A stretch of 48,858 nucleotides of DNA from Planctomycetota bacterium (GCA_007693455.1 REDP01000237.1:1-48858); one strand, 5' to 3'. Shown: positions 25,512-36,388, counted from the first letter of the stretch. Notes: generated by a model not told the origin, from the letters alone. Translations and numbers: made by a program.

Positions 25512-26702
25512 ATGCACAACCCCGAAGAGCAGAGCGAAGAAGCCCATCATCTCGCCCCAGCACCGCGCCCACGGCGCCTCTGGCCATGGATTTTAGGTGT
25601 GGTGTTGATCATTATTACCCTGATTCCCATTGGTATTCTTCTCCTCTTAGAAATGGGCTTTTCGTGGCTCGCGCGTCAAGCTATGCATGACTTCGCCCTT
25701 GAACATGAAATGGTTATTGAAGGCAAGCATGAAGTCTCCGCTTCTCTGCTTGGTAGCTCCATTACCATTAATGACACGGGCCTACGCGACGCGGGCCGCG
25801 GCGATGCGCGGCCCTTTATGGGCTTTGCTAGCCTCGATATTGACACCAGTTTGTGGGCTGCTTTGCGTGGCCGCGACTTGGTTATCGACCACGTAGAGCT
25901 ACAAGCGCCCTATCTTGACCTGCGGCGCCGTGAAGATGGCAGCATTCCCGGAATTCCTGACGAGCTGCAAGCGCATTGGCAGCACGACGATCCGCCACCC
26001 GCCCTGATTATGTTGGCTGGTGCCCTGGATATGGCCCGTGGCATCCTCCTCGAGCAGCCTCAAGGGCGCAGCGGCGAGGACGCACATGTGGTTCACCTGC
26101 GCCGTCTCCTAGTACAAAACGGAAGCATCCATTTTCCCGACCCCCTGGTCGCCATAGACAATAACGGGGACACCACCTGCGCTTTCTCTCTGCAGGGGGT
26201 CACGATTGAAGCCAGTGATCTCAGCAGCCACCCCCAACCGCAGCAAACCCAAAGCCTGCGCATTTCGCTGGATACTGCCGCTGCTGGTTCTGGCCAACTG
26301 AGTCTCCAGCACTCCCCCCTCAATGGCGGCGCATTCACCCTTTCCTGGACCGATGTGCCACTCCAACACATTGCCCATCCTACCATGAGCGGCGACCTAC
26401 TCTCTGCCTACAACCCCCAAGGATCCGGCAATCTGCGCTGGCAATTAGCGTGGGATGGCGCGGGCAGATTAGAAGGGCAGCTCACCGTTTCCCTTTATGA
26501 TCTGCGCATACACCCCGCCGACAGCAGCGATCGGCAACTCCAACAGCTCGCCGTCTTAATGCGTCAAGATGACAGTCTCTTTACCTGGGAAGTACCCTTT
26601 AGCGGAAGCCTGAGCGAACCCTTGGCCCCACAACTCAGCTGGGAACATTTTCTTGAGCGCTTGCGTCAGCATTACCTTGAGGGACCAGACGATATGTTGT
26701 AG
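25512..26702 (+). CDS. AsmA/DUF748-like membrane-anchored protein
   Basis: N-terminal TM; SLWAALRGRDLVIDHVELQAPYLDLRRREDG; LRRLLVQNGSIHFPD; FSGSLSEP. Confidence 0.65.
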   Translation: MHNPEEQSEEAHHLAPAPRPRRLWPWILGVVLIIITLIPIGILLLLEMGFSWLARQAMHDFALEHEMVIEGKHEVSASLLGSSITINDTGLRDAGRGDARPFMGFASLDIDTSLWAALRGRDLVIDHVELQAPYLDLRRREDGSIPGIPDELQAHWQHDDPPPALIMLAGALDMARGILLEQPQGRSGEDAHVVHLRRLLVQNGSIHFPDPLVAIDNNGDTTCAFSLQGVTIEASDLSSHPQPQQTQSLRISLDTAAAGSGQLSLQHSPLNGGAFTLSWTDVPLQHIAHPTMSGDLLSAYNPQGSGNLRWQLAWDGAGRLEGQLTVSLYDLRIHPADSSDRQLQQLAVLMRQDDSLFTWEVPFSGSLSEPLAPQLSWEHFLERLRQHYLEGPDDML

Positions 26703-26920
26703 CATTCCGTCCTGCTTCTCTCCCAGGGCGATGCAAAGCTTGCTCTCGGAATCGCCGATTTCCTAATCGGTCAGCACAAACGTTATTGAATGGGGCGCTT
26801 GTGCGCCAAAAGCATACACCGCGAAGCGGGAATTCCTTACCCAAGGTGAGCTTTGAGCCGACCTGGCTTCTCTCCTATGCGTGCGCTTGTATTTATGCAC
26901 CAGGGACATACGTTTTCATT

Positions 26921-29134
26921 ATGGCCTCGTCATCTCACAGTTGGATGAGCACCCTATCCTCCCTGCGAGCGCGCCTAGCCTCCCCGCTGGGGCTTCTCTT
27001 GGGCCTGCCGCTGCTGGCCATGGGGTGCACGGTGAGCGTGGCAATAATTGCCTCCCAGGTAATCCAGGATCAGGCGCGTAGTAGTGGGGCCATGCGCTTT
27101 GCCGACATTCTGGAGCGCAAAGTCGAGCGCAGCGAACGCTTTTTCGCCGAGGCAGAATCCCTCGCCCAAACGGTGGGGGATCTTGTGGCCCACCATGACT
27201 TTGTGCCCAGCACCGAACTCCTTGGCCTACCAACCATGCGCATCAATCGCGCCAAGCCCTCCATCTCAAGTTTGGCGTGGATTGATGCCGATGGCTCTTG
27301 GTATGGTACGCATCGCCTTCCAGAGGGGCATATTCGCTTTTTAGAAGTTCGCACCGACCGTGCGTGGCAACGAACCTTTGAATGGTCTAACGGATCGTTG
27401 GTCCTGGATAGCGAGAACCCACGGGATTTTGATGGCCGGCAACGCCCTTTTTTTCGTCACGCAATGGAGCATGGAAGTTCCTGGACTCCCCCGTATCGCT
27501 TTACTGGCAGTGATGTAGCAGATGCCTTTCACGTCATGGGCATGACCTACGTACATCCCATATACGACGAACAGGGAATCATGCGTGGCATGGGTGCCCT
27601 GGATTTCGATCTGGATTCCCTCTCATCAATGATTTCCCAGCGACCTGCCGAAAAGCAATTTCGCGCCTTGGTATTTGATTCAGCGGGCCAGCTCTTGGCT
27701 TGCCCCCACCCCCTGACTACCTTGAGCATTGCTGGCAATCATAGCACGCCGCGCATTACTGATTTAGAGGATCCTGCTGCGATCCCATTGTGGTCGTTGA
27801 TTCGCTCAGGATGGGACGGCAGTAAACAAGCTCTTGAACTGGAGCATGATACCACCTACGTGCAAATGCTCCCCATCCGCAGCTCAAGCACCCTTGATCT
27901 TTCCCTCGCCCTCCTTGTCGACCGCACCGTATTACACCAGCCACAGCAGCAATATCGCGACCTGATGAACTGGTTACTGCCCAGTATTGTCATCGCCGCT
28001 GGATTGATTGCGCTCCTCTATGCGGGCAGTGTCGCCACCATCCGCAAAGTCGCCTACCGTGCACAATTACGCGCCCAAGAGGCCGAGAACCGCGCTCGTC
28101 AACTGGGCAGCTACCATCTGATTCGAGAGTTGGGCCACGGCGGCATGGGCGAAGTTTGGCAGGCTCGACATCGCCTTCTAGCAAAACCCGCGGCAATCAA
28201 AATCATTCGCCCCGATCGCCTCAGTGACCGTCGCCACGATAGCGAACGCCTGGCGCGGCGTTTTCGCCGCGAGGCGGAAATTACCTCCAGCCTCCGCTGT
28301 CCCTATACGGTATCGGTGTTTGACTTTGGCATCAGCGAGGATGACCAATGGTTTTTGGTGATGGAGCTTGTCCACGGATACAATCTTCATGATGTACTCA
28401 CCATTGATGGCCCCCAACCTCCAGGTCGCGTCATGACCATTATGCGTCAAATATGCTTTTCTCTCCGCGAAGCCCATGCCCACAATCTGGTCCACCGCGA
28501 TCTCAAATTACAAAATATTATGATCTCCCCACAGGGGGAATGCGGCGATCACGTCAAGGTTCTTGATTTCGGCATTGCCCTTAATCGCAATACAGGTGAT
28601 GACAGCCATAGCTCAGAGCACATGATTACGCGTGCCTGTGGCACTGCGGGATATACGGCCCCTGAACAAGCTCGCGGACTAAACGTTGATGGCCGCACCG
28701 ACCTCTACTCACTCGCCTGTGTTGCCTGGTTGTTACTCACCGGTGAGCCCGTCTTTGATGGTGCCAACACACTTACCGTAATTAACAAGCATTTACATTG
28801 TCCCGTACCTCGCGAGGCCCTGCAGGGACCATGGGGCATCCCCGCCGACTTAGCGACTCTTATCTGTGACTGTCTCGAAAAAGACCCGCAGAATCGTCCA
28901 GCCAATGTTGAAGCTATTATAGCACGCTTGGATGCTATTGTCTGCAGCCCACAACAAAACTGGCTGCGCAATGAAGCGCAGTCATGGTGGGCGCGGCACC
29001 CCCCTACCGAGCTCAGCGAACCAGAAGATCACACGCTCCACATGTCGCACCACGCCCAACTCTCACCCACGCTCACTCATAGTTCCAGCAACCTCCCTGA
29101 ACCCGAACAATTACATCGCAAAAATACCGACTAA
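26921..29134 (+). CDS. Membrane Ser/Thr protein kinase with N-terminal extracytoplasmic Cache-like sensor
   Basis: TM1, FDGRQRPFF..WTPPY (Cache-like), TM2, then LGHGGMGEVW, AIK, HRDLKLQN, DFG, GTAGYTAPEQ, DLYSL. Confidence 0.9.
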   Translation: MASSSHSWMSTLSSLRARLASPLGLLLGLPLLAMGCTVSVAIIASQVIQDQARSSGAMRFADILERKVERSERFFAEAESLAQTVGDLVAHHDFVPSTELLGLPTMRINRAKPSISSLAWIDADGSWYGTHRLPEGHIRFLEVRTDRAWQRTFEWSNGSLVLDSENPRDFDGRQRPFFRHAMEHGSSWTPPYRFTGSDVADAFHVMGMTYVHPIYDEQGIMRGMGALDFDLDSLSSMISQRPAEKQFRALVFDSAGQLLACPHPLTTLSIAGNHSTPRITDLEDPAAIPLWSLIRSGWDGSKQALELEHDTTYVQMLPIRSSSTLDLSLALLVDRTVLHQPQQQYRDLMNWLLPSIVIAAGLIALLYAGSVATIRKVAYRAQLRAQEAENRARQLGSYHLIRELGHGGMGEVWQARHRLLAKPAAIKIIRPDRLSDRRHDSERLARRFRREAEITSSLRCPYTVSVFDFGISEDDQWFLVMELVHGYNLHDVLTIDGPQPPGRVMTIMRQICFSLREAHAHNLVHRDLKLQNIMISPQGECGDHVKVLDFGIALNRNTGDDSHSSEHMITRACGTAGYTAPEQARGLNVDGRTDLYSLACVAWLLLTGEPVFDGANTLTVINKHLHCPVPREALQGPWGIPADLATLICDCLEKDPQNRPANVEAIIARLDAIVCSPQQNWLRNEAQSWWARHPPTELSEPEDHTLHMSHHAQLSPTLTHSSSNLPEPEQLHRKNTD

Positions 29135-29439
29135 TGAAAAGAAAGCGCGCATTCATCGACTGATTGGTGCGCCGAGAGCCTTATAATGAAGACTCGCGGC
29201 CTGTACCTTGACGGCAATATGCTTGATTGCTGCATGCTCTAGACGCGCCCGCATGCCCCAAACCTGTTACTCAGCCGCTGACAAGACTGCGGGAGACCTC
29301 TCGTTCAAGGCACTCACCAGAAAATATCTGCCCCTACCGTTAAAGCATAGGTCTCAACATCCCTTTCTCTCCCTCCCTTAAGTCCCCGCGCAAAACCCTG
29401 GGTGACCAAGGCCTATACATTGCTAAGCTGTAATCCAGC

Positions 29440-31173
29440 ATGTGGCAGACCATACGACAACTCTGGACCATCCTTGATGCCCAAGAACGGCGACGCACCG
29501 TATTGATGCTGGTGCTGATGCTGGGCCTGGCTCTCATGGAGGTAGGTGGCGTGCTCTCCATAGCCCCCCTACTGGCGGTTGCGGGAAACCCTAACTTGGT
29601 TGAAGAACAACCCTTCCTAGCCTGGGTATACGCCGCTGGCGGCTTCACCTCCACCGACAATTTCCTCATCGCCTGTGCCCTTTTTGCTCTGACCATGGTG
29701 GTGGCAACATCCGTGTTTCGCGCCCTGGCCCACTACGGCATGTATCGCTTTACCAATATGCGCAGGCACACCCTGGCCTGCCGCCTCCTGGCCGCCTATC
29801 TGCATCTCCCCTTTGAGGATTTTGCCCAGCGCAATACCGCTGATTTAGCCAAAGGGGTTCTTTCTGAAGTTGACGTTGTTATCAACAAGGGCCTCCTGCA
29901 ATATATTCGCCTGGCAGCCTATACTGCAGTAGCCATGGCCATGCTAGTGATGCTGGTCATTATCAATCCGTGGCTCGCGATTGTTCTTTTGACGCTGCTT
30001 GGTGGTGCCTACACAATCCTTTACTTAGTGGTGCGTGGAATGCTGACACACTGGGGAAACGTCCGGCAACAAGCCAATGCACAACGCTATCAAGCCACCA
30101 ACGAAACCGTCCGTGGGCATCGCGAGCTCAGTATCTTGGGCCGCGAAAATGCCTACCTACAAGCCTTTCGCACCCCATCCTTAGCATACACGCGAGCCTT
30201 GACTTGGCATCAAACCCTCGCTGAAACCCCGCGCTTCTTACTCGAGGGGGTTGCCTTCGCTGCCATGATATCAGTACTGCTTTTTGCCTTGCTTGTTCAG
30301 CGTGAATCTCTTGCCGATATTCTCCCAATGTTGGGGCTGTACGCATACGCAGGTTATCGGCTACTCCCTGCATTACAGCAGATCTACGCCGCCCTCAGCA
30401 CCACACGCTTTGCAGCCGATAGCCAACACACATTATTTGCCGACCTGGATCAGATCCAAAACCCTTGTGACACTGTGCATCCTCGAGGAATCCAACAGCA
30501 CCTGGAGATTGGCCCCTTACGGTACCGTTATCCCAACAGTGAGACTGGTCTTCAAGTCCCCCGTCGCATAGACATTCCAGCTGGCGCCAAAGTACAGGTA
30601 ACCGGACCCACTGGGGCCGGTAAATCTACTCTACTTGATCTGATTCTTGGTCTACGCCAAGCCCAAGAAGGGGGCATTTCCATTGATGGTGAACCCCTCG
30701 AAGGCCATCGCGCCATCGCGTGGCAACGCAGCCTTGGCTACGTACCCCAGCACATTTTTCTCGCCGATGATACCGTTGCACGAAATATCGCTTTCGGCAT
30801 TCCTGATTCGCGGATTGATATGGCGGCAGTAGAACAGGCTGCGCGTATTGCATCTATTCATGATGAAATCATCGCCCGTCCCGATGGGTATGATACTTTC
30901 CTCGGCGATCAAGGTGCTCGCTTCTCCGGCGGTCAGCGGCAGCGCATCGGCATCGCCCGCGCCCTCTATCACCAGCCCAGTACGCTCATCCTTGACGAGG
31001 CCACCAGTGGCCTCGATCCGTCCACCCGAACCCAGGTGTTTTTGAATATTTCACAAACCCATCCCGAACTTACCATTATCTTGGTTTCTCATGACTCTGA
31101 ACAATTTTGCACTGGCGAAAAAGTCCTCACAGTATCTCATGGCGAGGCCCATCTTGTTGAAAGCCTAGGTTGA
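29440..31173 (+). CDS. ABC transporter, fused permease/ATPase (PglK/WlaB-like glycan exporter)
   Basis: TM domain; GPTGAGKST, GYVPQ, FSGGQRQRIGIARALY, LILDEATS; located in a glycan locus. Confidence 0.88.
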   Translation: MWQTIRQLWTILDAQERRRTVLMLVLMLGLALMEVGGVLSIAPLLAVAGNPNLVEEQPFLAWVYAAGGFTSTDNFLIACALFALTMVVATSVFRALAHYGMYRFTNMRRHTLACRLLAAYLHLPFEDFAQRNTADLAKGVLSEVDVVINKGLLQYIRLAAYTAVAMAMLVMLVIINPWLAIVLLTLLGGAYTILYLVVRGMLTHWGNVRQQANAQRYQATNETVRGHRELSILGRENAYLQAFRTPSLAYTRALTWHQTLAETPRFLLEGVAFAAMISVLLFALLVQRESLADILPMLGLYAYAGYRLLPALQQIYAALSTTRFAADSQHTLFADLDQIQNPCDTVHPRGIQQHLEIGPLRYRYPNSETGLQVPRRIDIPAGAKVQVTGPTGAGKSTLLDLILGLRQAQEGGISIDGEPLEGHRAIAWQRSLGYVPQHIFLADDTVARNIAFGIPDSRIDMAAVEQAARIASIHDEIIARPDGYDTFLGDQGARFSGGQRQRIGIARALYHQPSTLILDEATSGLDPSTRTQVFLNISQTHPELTIILVSHDSEQFCTGEKVLTVSHGEAHLVESLG

Positions 31174-31207
31174 ACTCTCTTAAATTTTGCACACTGAAAC
31201 CATCTTC

Positions 31208-32590
31208 ATGAAATCCACCAATCATCGGACTCCTCAAAAACCACTTCTGGTACTACCCATCGAAATCTATGAGCGAGAAATAGATGGGCGACTCTGGTTG
31301 GCTGGCGAAGCTCTTCAACGGGGATATCAGGTATTAATTGCCCACCACGGCGCAGCGTTCTTAAGCAATTTGAGCGACTGTGGCATTCTCTATAAAGACC
31401 ACGGTCCAGGTCTAAGCAAACTGTGTGAATATCATGGATGGAAAGACCCCTCATTATGGATCGGGGCCCTGGATGAAGAAGGCTTAGTGTTCAGGGACAA
31501 GAATACATACCGAAAGACAAGAGTTGATGGTAAAGCTCTACAGTACATCAACGACGTTTTCTTTGTGGGAGATACCCAAAAAAACGCCGCGGGCATTGAA
31601 TGTTTCGCGGCGCATACACATATCAGTGGCCACCCTCGTTTTGACCTTTGTCACGTCAAACATTGCCAATCGAGCCCTGAGGAGCCATCAGGAAAACTCC
31701 ATGTTTTAATTAATACTCGATTTGGATCGCTTTTCCCTTTGGGAGAACAGACCTCTACCACTTTACGGCATCACCTTACCAACAACCCTTCTCTCAGGAA
31801 AACGGTTGCCAATGAGTTAGTGATTTTTCGTGAATTTATGGCTCTTGTTGATCTTCTTAGTTCCGACCCTAAGATTAAGATTACCCTTCGCCCACATCCC
31901 GCTGAACGACCTGATTATTATCGTAAACGATTTCAGCATACAGACAATGTTAGTGTTCAACGTTCATTTGGAGTCATTCATGCCATTCAACACGCCGATG
32001 TAGTGGTACATGATGGCTGCACTACAGCCATTGAAGCCTGCTTAATGGGAAAGGTGGTTATTGGGCAACGCCCACCTTTACCATATACCTCAATGGGCTA
32101 TACAGATTTTTGTAATCAATTCTCACTTCCCACCACTTCTGCTCAAGAGACCTATAACCTCATTACCAGCTTAAGAAGTCGCCAAAGTTATCACGCTATC
32201 TCGAATCGCATGCAGGCACTCCGCGAGGCGATGTGGCCCTCGCATCATATAGCAAACTGGAACTCCATTGGTGCCGCCATGAAGATCCTTGATGTGGTAG
32301 ACCAACAAAAACTCCCTCCACGGCCGGCTCCAGTCCTATCCCTTTGGCACCGTTGGAAGATAGCACGGGAGACCTTACGCCGTCACGTTTTGAAGGGGTG
32401 CTCTACCTGCCCACCCATCACCTCCATCGTTAAAAAACTTGGTCCTGCCCTTCAGCAAATTCAGCTCACTGACAGCAAATTCCCTGTCGTTACCGTTGAT
32501 GACATTGTTCGTAGAACCGAGTATATTCTAGGGGAACGATTTACGGTCCAAAATATTGGCAACAATTGTTTTCTCATGTGCTCTTCCTGA
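31208..32590 (+). CDS. Surface carbohydrate biosynthesis protein (GT-B-like)
   Basis: LPIEIYEREIDGRLWLA, LDEEGL, SGHPRFDL, INTRFG, LRPHPAE, HDGCTTAIEA; low GC. Confidence 0.75.
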   Translation: MKSTNHRTPQKPLLVLPIEIYEREIDGRLWLAGEALQRGYQVLIAHHGAAFLSNLSDCGILYKDHGPGLSKLCEYHGWKDPSLWIGALDEEGLVFRDKNTYRKTRVDGKALQYINDVFFVGDTQKNAAGIECFAAHTHISGHPRFDLCHVKHCQSSPEEPSGKLHVLINTRFGSLFPLGEQTSTTLRHHLTNNPSLRKTVANELVIFREFMALVDLLSSDPKIKITLRPHPAERPDYYRKRFQHTDNVSVQRSFGVIHAIQHADVVVHDGCTTAIEACLMGKVVIGQRPPLPYTSMGYTDFCNQFSLPTTSAQETYNLITSLRSRQSYHAISNRMQALREAMWPSHHIANWNSIGAAMKILDVVDQQKLPPRPAPVLSLWHRWKIARETLRRHVLKGCSTCPPITSIVKKLGPALQQIQLTDSKFPVVTVDDIVRRTEYILGERFTVQNIGNNCFLMCSS

Positions 32591-32595
32591 AGTAT

Positions 32596-34863
32596 TTACG
32601 GAAGGACAATATTCGTATTCACAGCAGATATTACTTTGCGAGTACGCTCTTGCCAATTATGACACTCCCTAATACAATTCACACCTGCCTTCCCCAAGCG
32701 CTCTCGGAGCTCTTCGTCATAAAGCCGCTCCAATGCTTTCCGCCATGCATCCGCATCGTTCCATGGACATAGCAACGCATTCACATTATCGCAGAGTATC
32801 TCACGAAGAACCGGTAAGTCAGATGCAATTACTGGAACTCCTGCCGCTAAATATTCGAAAAGCTTTAACGGAGAAGTGAAGGCCCCTATGTCTTCGGTTT
32901 CCCCATGCCCCCACGAATGGGGTTTATTGGGCAGCAAGGCAATATCGGCCAAAGCAAGTATTCCAGAAACCTCCGCATGAGGTATTTCTCCATGGAAAAA
33001 ACAATTTTCCCGTCGAGCCACGGCGGTTAAAGCTGGTATGCGACAAACGGGTCCACCATAGATATGAAATTCCATGCGCGGACAAAGGTTGCTTAGCGTG
33101 ACTATTAATTCAACCCCTTTACCTGCATGTAAGTGTCCAACATATACCGCCCGAAGCCGTTCACGCTGAATGAAAGGACGGCTTCGATGCACTGCATGAG
33201 GATTGGGCTGCGCTGCATCTGGGGCAACCAACAATTTTCTTCGCTGTTTAATACAATCTACGATGTATCGACGTGCAAGCGATCGGCTAATAACCACCAG
33301 TGCTCGAAATCGGCTCCGTGCCTGAAGTATACGCCACAACAGCCTCGCATAACACGACCCTTCTGGCACTGGACCGTGGGCTTCATATACGGTGGGCACG
33401 CCCAAAAGACTTGACCATAGGGCCATGGGCAATGAGCGTGTCCAGGCAAGATCGGATCTTTGCCAGCTGGCGGTGCAACCAAAAATTACACCACAAATAA
33501 AGCCCCATCCTGGGATTGCCGGCCAGGGAAGTAACGTCACGTGAAAGCCACCCCTGACCCCATACTTGTTAGCGATTTCCTGCTTATTCACCACATCATC
33601 GCCACGACAAGCGATTAAATGGGTCCTACATCCTAAATCGCAGCAAGCCTGGGCCACATGAAGAACGTGGACACTATTGGCTGTTGGCGAAGGAAGATTA
33701 GACATGGCACCATAGCATATTCGTGGAGACTTTGCATGGGTTAGTGGTATGGAATGACATACCGCTCTCACATCATATCTCACCGCAGCATAGGCCTGAG
33801 CCCAGTGTCGCAAATCGTTGCCCCTCATCTGTATCTTGTTCGTTTGAGGTGGTCGAACAGGGGCGCTGCACAGGGTCCCAGTGAGTTTTGTCACATTATT
33901 CATTGGCACGCATGTTATTCCTTGGCAATAATCCCGCTGCATCTGGCGATGATTGGGAATATCTGACAACACCACCGGACACCCACAAGCCAGGGCTTCC
34001 AGCACCACATTGGCCTGGCCTTCGTGACTGCTGGGCAGCACCAGGGCATCGGCGGTTTTCATCCACGCGGGGATATCGTCGCGCTGACCAAGGAAGCGGC
34101 AGATAGGGTCTATGCCCAGGGTCTTGGCTTGAGCCTTGAGTTGCGCTTCTTGACTACCTTGGCCGCAAATGATCAGGGTTATGGGACGTTGTTGGCAGGC
34201 CTGGGCTACCGCCTGCAACAGGTCGCCGAGACGTTTTTGCGGCTCGAGGCGGCCAACAAATAGGAGCAACAGGTGGTCGGCGGGAATGCTTTGCTCGGCC
34301 CTATTGATGGGGGCATAAGCATCAATCCATGCCTGATCGACGGCGTTGGTAATGACTGACAGACGGCGATTAGGTATCCCCTGGGCCTGCCAGTAGGCAG
34401 TCCCGGCCGCGCTATTGGCTATGATTTTGGTGGCTCGACGGGCAATGATCTCGCGCAGGCGATGGCGCATGCCATGAGCGTATTCCGGGGCGCTATTGCG
34501 TTCGCTTAGCACCCAGGGGATGCCTAAGCCGCGGCTGGCGAGGCCGCCGACCACGTCCATCAGGGGGAGCCAGGTTTGCAGGATCTGCGGGCGCTCGCGG
34601 CGCAGAATGCGACGCAGGGCCAGGATGAGCCGCGGGTCACGGTGGCCGTAGGCGGGGAGCTGGAGCAAGCGTAACTGTCCCGATTGCGCCTGTGGACTCT
34701 CGGCGAGTCGCTGCCACAAGGGGCCTCGATGCAGGGTTATGACACAGACCTGCCAACCACGATCGCAGAGCTCTGGGGCCAGGAGACTCAGCTGGCGCTG
34801 AGCGCCACCAATGTCTAAATCAAGAATAGCATGGGCGACCAATGGCGGCGACGGCATCTTCAC
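32596..34863 (-). CDS. Fused tandem GT4 (GT-B) glycosyltransferase
   Basis: Module 1: GGAQRQ, FVGRLEPQK, EGQANVVLEALACGCPVV. Module 2: PSPTANSVHV, YVGHLHAGKG, SPLKLFEYLAAGVPVIASDLP. Confidence 0.85.
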   Translation of the reverse strand: MKMPSPPLVAHAILDLDIGGAQRQLSLLAPELCDRGWQVCVITLHRGPLWQRLAESPQAQSGQLRLLQLPAYGHRDPRLILALRRILRRERPQILQTWLPLMDVVGGLASRGLGIPWVLSERNSAPEYAHGMRHRLREIIARRATKIIANSAAGTAYWQAQGIPNRRLSVITNAVDQAWIDAYAPINRAEQSIPADHLLLLFVGRLEPQKRLGDLLQAVAQACQQRPITLIICGQGSQEAQLKAQAKTLGIDPICRFLGQRDDIPAWMKTADALVLPSSHEGQANVVLEALACGCPVVLSDIPNHRQMQRDYCQGITCVPMNNVTKLTGTLCSAPVRPPQTNKIQMRGNDLRHWAQAYAAVRYDVRAVCHSIPLTHAKSPRICYGAMSNLPSPTANSVHVLHVAQACCDLGCRTHLIACRGDDVVNKQEIANKYGVRGGFHVTLLPWPAIPGWGFICGVIFGCTASWQRSDLAWTRSLPMALWSSLLGVPTVYEAHGPVPEGSCYARLLWRILQARSRFRALVVISRSLARRYIVDCIKQRRKLLVAPDAAQPNPHAVHRSRPFIQRERLRAVYVGHLHAGKGVELIVTLSNLCPRMEFHIYGGPVCRIPALTAVARRENCFFHGEIPHAEVSGILALADIALLPNKPHSWGHGETEDIGAFTSPLKLFEYLAAGVPVIASDLPVLREILCDNVNALLCPWNDADAWRKALERLYDEELRERLGKAGVNCIRECHNWQERTRKVISAVNTNIVLP

Positions 34864-36164
34864 GCCCGCACAATTCCTGGTTGGTTGGCGGCAAAGCGGC
34901 CGCGCGTATCAATGAGCAATACAGCCTCACGTTGAATCAGGGAGTAGTCCAGGCAATCGTGATCCGTGATCAGCATAACCGCTGCATGGGCGCGCAAGAT
35001 TTCGGCATTGAGGGGAAGGCTGGGAATATGGAAACTCCAACGTCGGGTTTGTGGACAGCGTGGCACAAAGGGGTCGTGATAGGCAACCTCGGCGCCCAGG
35101 TGCAACAGTTGATCAATAATGGCCAGGGCTGGCGACTCGCGCGTATCGTCCACATTTTTCTTGTAGGCAAGACCAAGAATAAGGATGCGACTGCCCTTCA
35201 CGGCAGTGCCACAGGCATTAAGAGCATCACGCAACTTCCCCACGACATAGGTCGGCATGGCGTGATTGATCTCCCCAGCCAGCTCTATAAATCGGGTGTG
35301 CACCCCATATTCTTTGGCTTTCCAGGTGAGATAAAACGGATCTATGGGGATGCAATGGCCACCGAGCCCTGGACCAGGATAGTACGGCGTAAAACCAAAG
35401 GGCTTACTGGCGGCGGCGGCGATAACTTCGTGAATGTCAATGCCCATAGCATCGGCCACTACCTTCATCTCATTAACCAAGCCAATATTGACCGCGCGAT
35501 AAATATTTTCTAACAGTTTGGTCATCTCCGCCGCCCGCGGGGAAGACACTGACACTACCTGCTCCACCAATTGCTGATACAAGGCACTGCCAACCGCCGT
35601 GCAGGCAGCAGTAACACCACCTAAAACTTTGGGAATAGTTTGGGCATCGTGAGAACTTCCTGGGTCCTCTCGTTCTGGGGCATAGATCAGGGCCACATTC
35701 TCCCCTGGGAAAAAACCTGCTTCTTGCAGGGGCGGCAAGAGTTCTTCTTCGGTGGTACCAGGATATGTTGTACTTTCCAGAATTACCGCCGCGTGCGGCT
35801 GCAAGTGGGGAATAAGCGCCGCCATGGTATGGCGAACATAACTGAGATCGGGTTCACGATGTAAACCCAGGGGAGTAGGCACACAGATAATCACCACCTG
35901 GGCTTGCGCCACCACTGCCATACTCTCGCTGCAGTGAAACCCCTGGGCCTGTGCATTGGCAATCATCTGATTGCTTACGGTAGAGAGATAACTCTCGGCG
36001 CGCTGTAAACGCTCCACCTTACTGGGATCAACATCAATGCCGCAGGTGGGAAAGCCTGCAGCACATAGGCGCATTGCCAGGGGTAAACCAACATAGCCCA
36101 AGCCGATTACGGCTACGACTGCGCGGCGCTGATGGATAGTATCAATGAGGGAGGTAAACGGCAT
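34860..36164 (-). CDS. wbpA: Nucleotide-sugar dehydrogenase, UDP-GlcNAc 6-dehydrogenase (WbpA-like)
   Basis: IGLGYVGLPL, CVPTP, ESTTYPGTT, PEREDPG, KPFGFTPYYPGPGLGGHCIPIDPFYL, GLAYKKNVDDTRESP. Confidence 0.88.
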   Translation of the reverse strand: MPFTSLIDTIHQRRAVVAVIGLGYVGLPLAMRLCAAGFPTCGIDVDPSKVERLQRAESYLSTVSNQMIANAQAQGFHCSESMAVVAQAQVVIICVPTPLGLHREPDLSYVRHTMAALIPHLQPHAAVILESTTYPGTTEEELLPPLQEAGFFPGENVALIYAPEREDPGSSHDAQTIPKVLGGVTAACTAVGSALYQQLVEQVVSVSSPRAAEMTKLLENIYRAVNIGLVNEMKVVADAMGIDIHEVIAAAASKPFGFTPYYPGPGLGGHCIPIDPFYLTWKAKEYGVHTRFIELAGEINHAMPTYVVGKLRDALNACGTAVKGSRILILGLAYKKNVDDTRESPALAIIDQLLHLGAEVAYHDPFVPRCPQTRRWSFHIPSLPLNAEILRAHAAVMLITDHDCLDYSLIQREAVLLIDTRGRFAANQPGIVRA

Positions 36165-36388
36165 TCCCCCATTGCAATTCATGGCGCCGATTAGGCAAGA
36201 GCGGGATTGGTGAAGCACCGTCAAGGAAAGCGCTTACCCCCCCTGCCTTCAATCCAGACGGCAAGCAAGTAGATCTCAGGCGTCATTGTGCCAACAGCCC
36301 CCAGGGCGACTTAAAGCTTGCCGCCCGCCTCGCGTAGGATGCTTTTGCGCCCAATAACATCCTGTTCAGGGCGTTCTTGGTGGCGATA

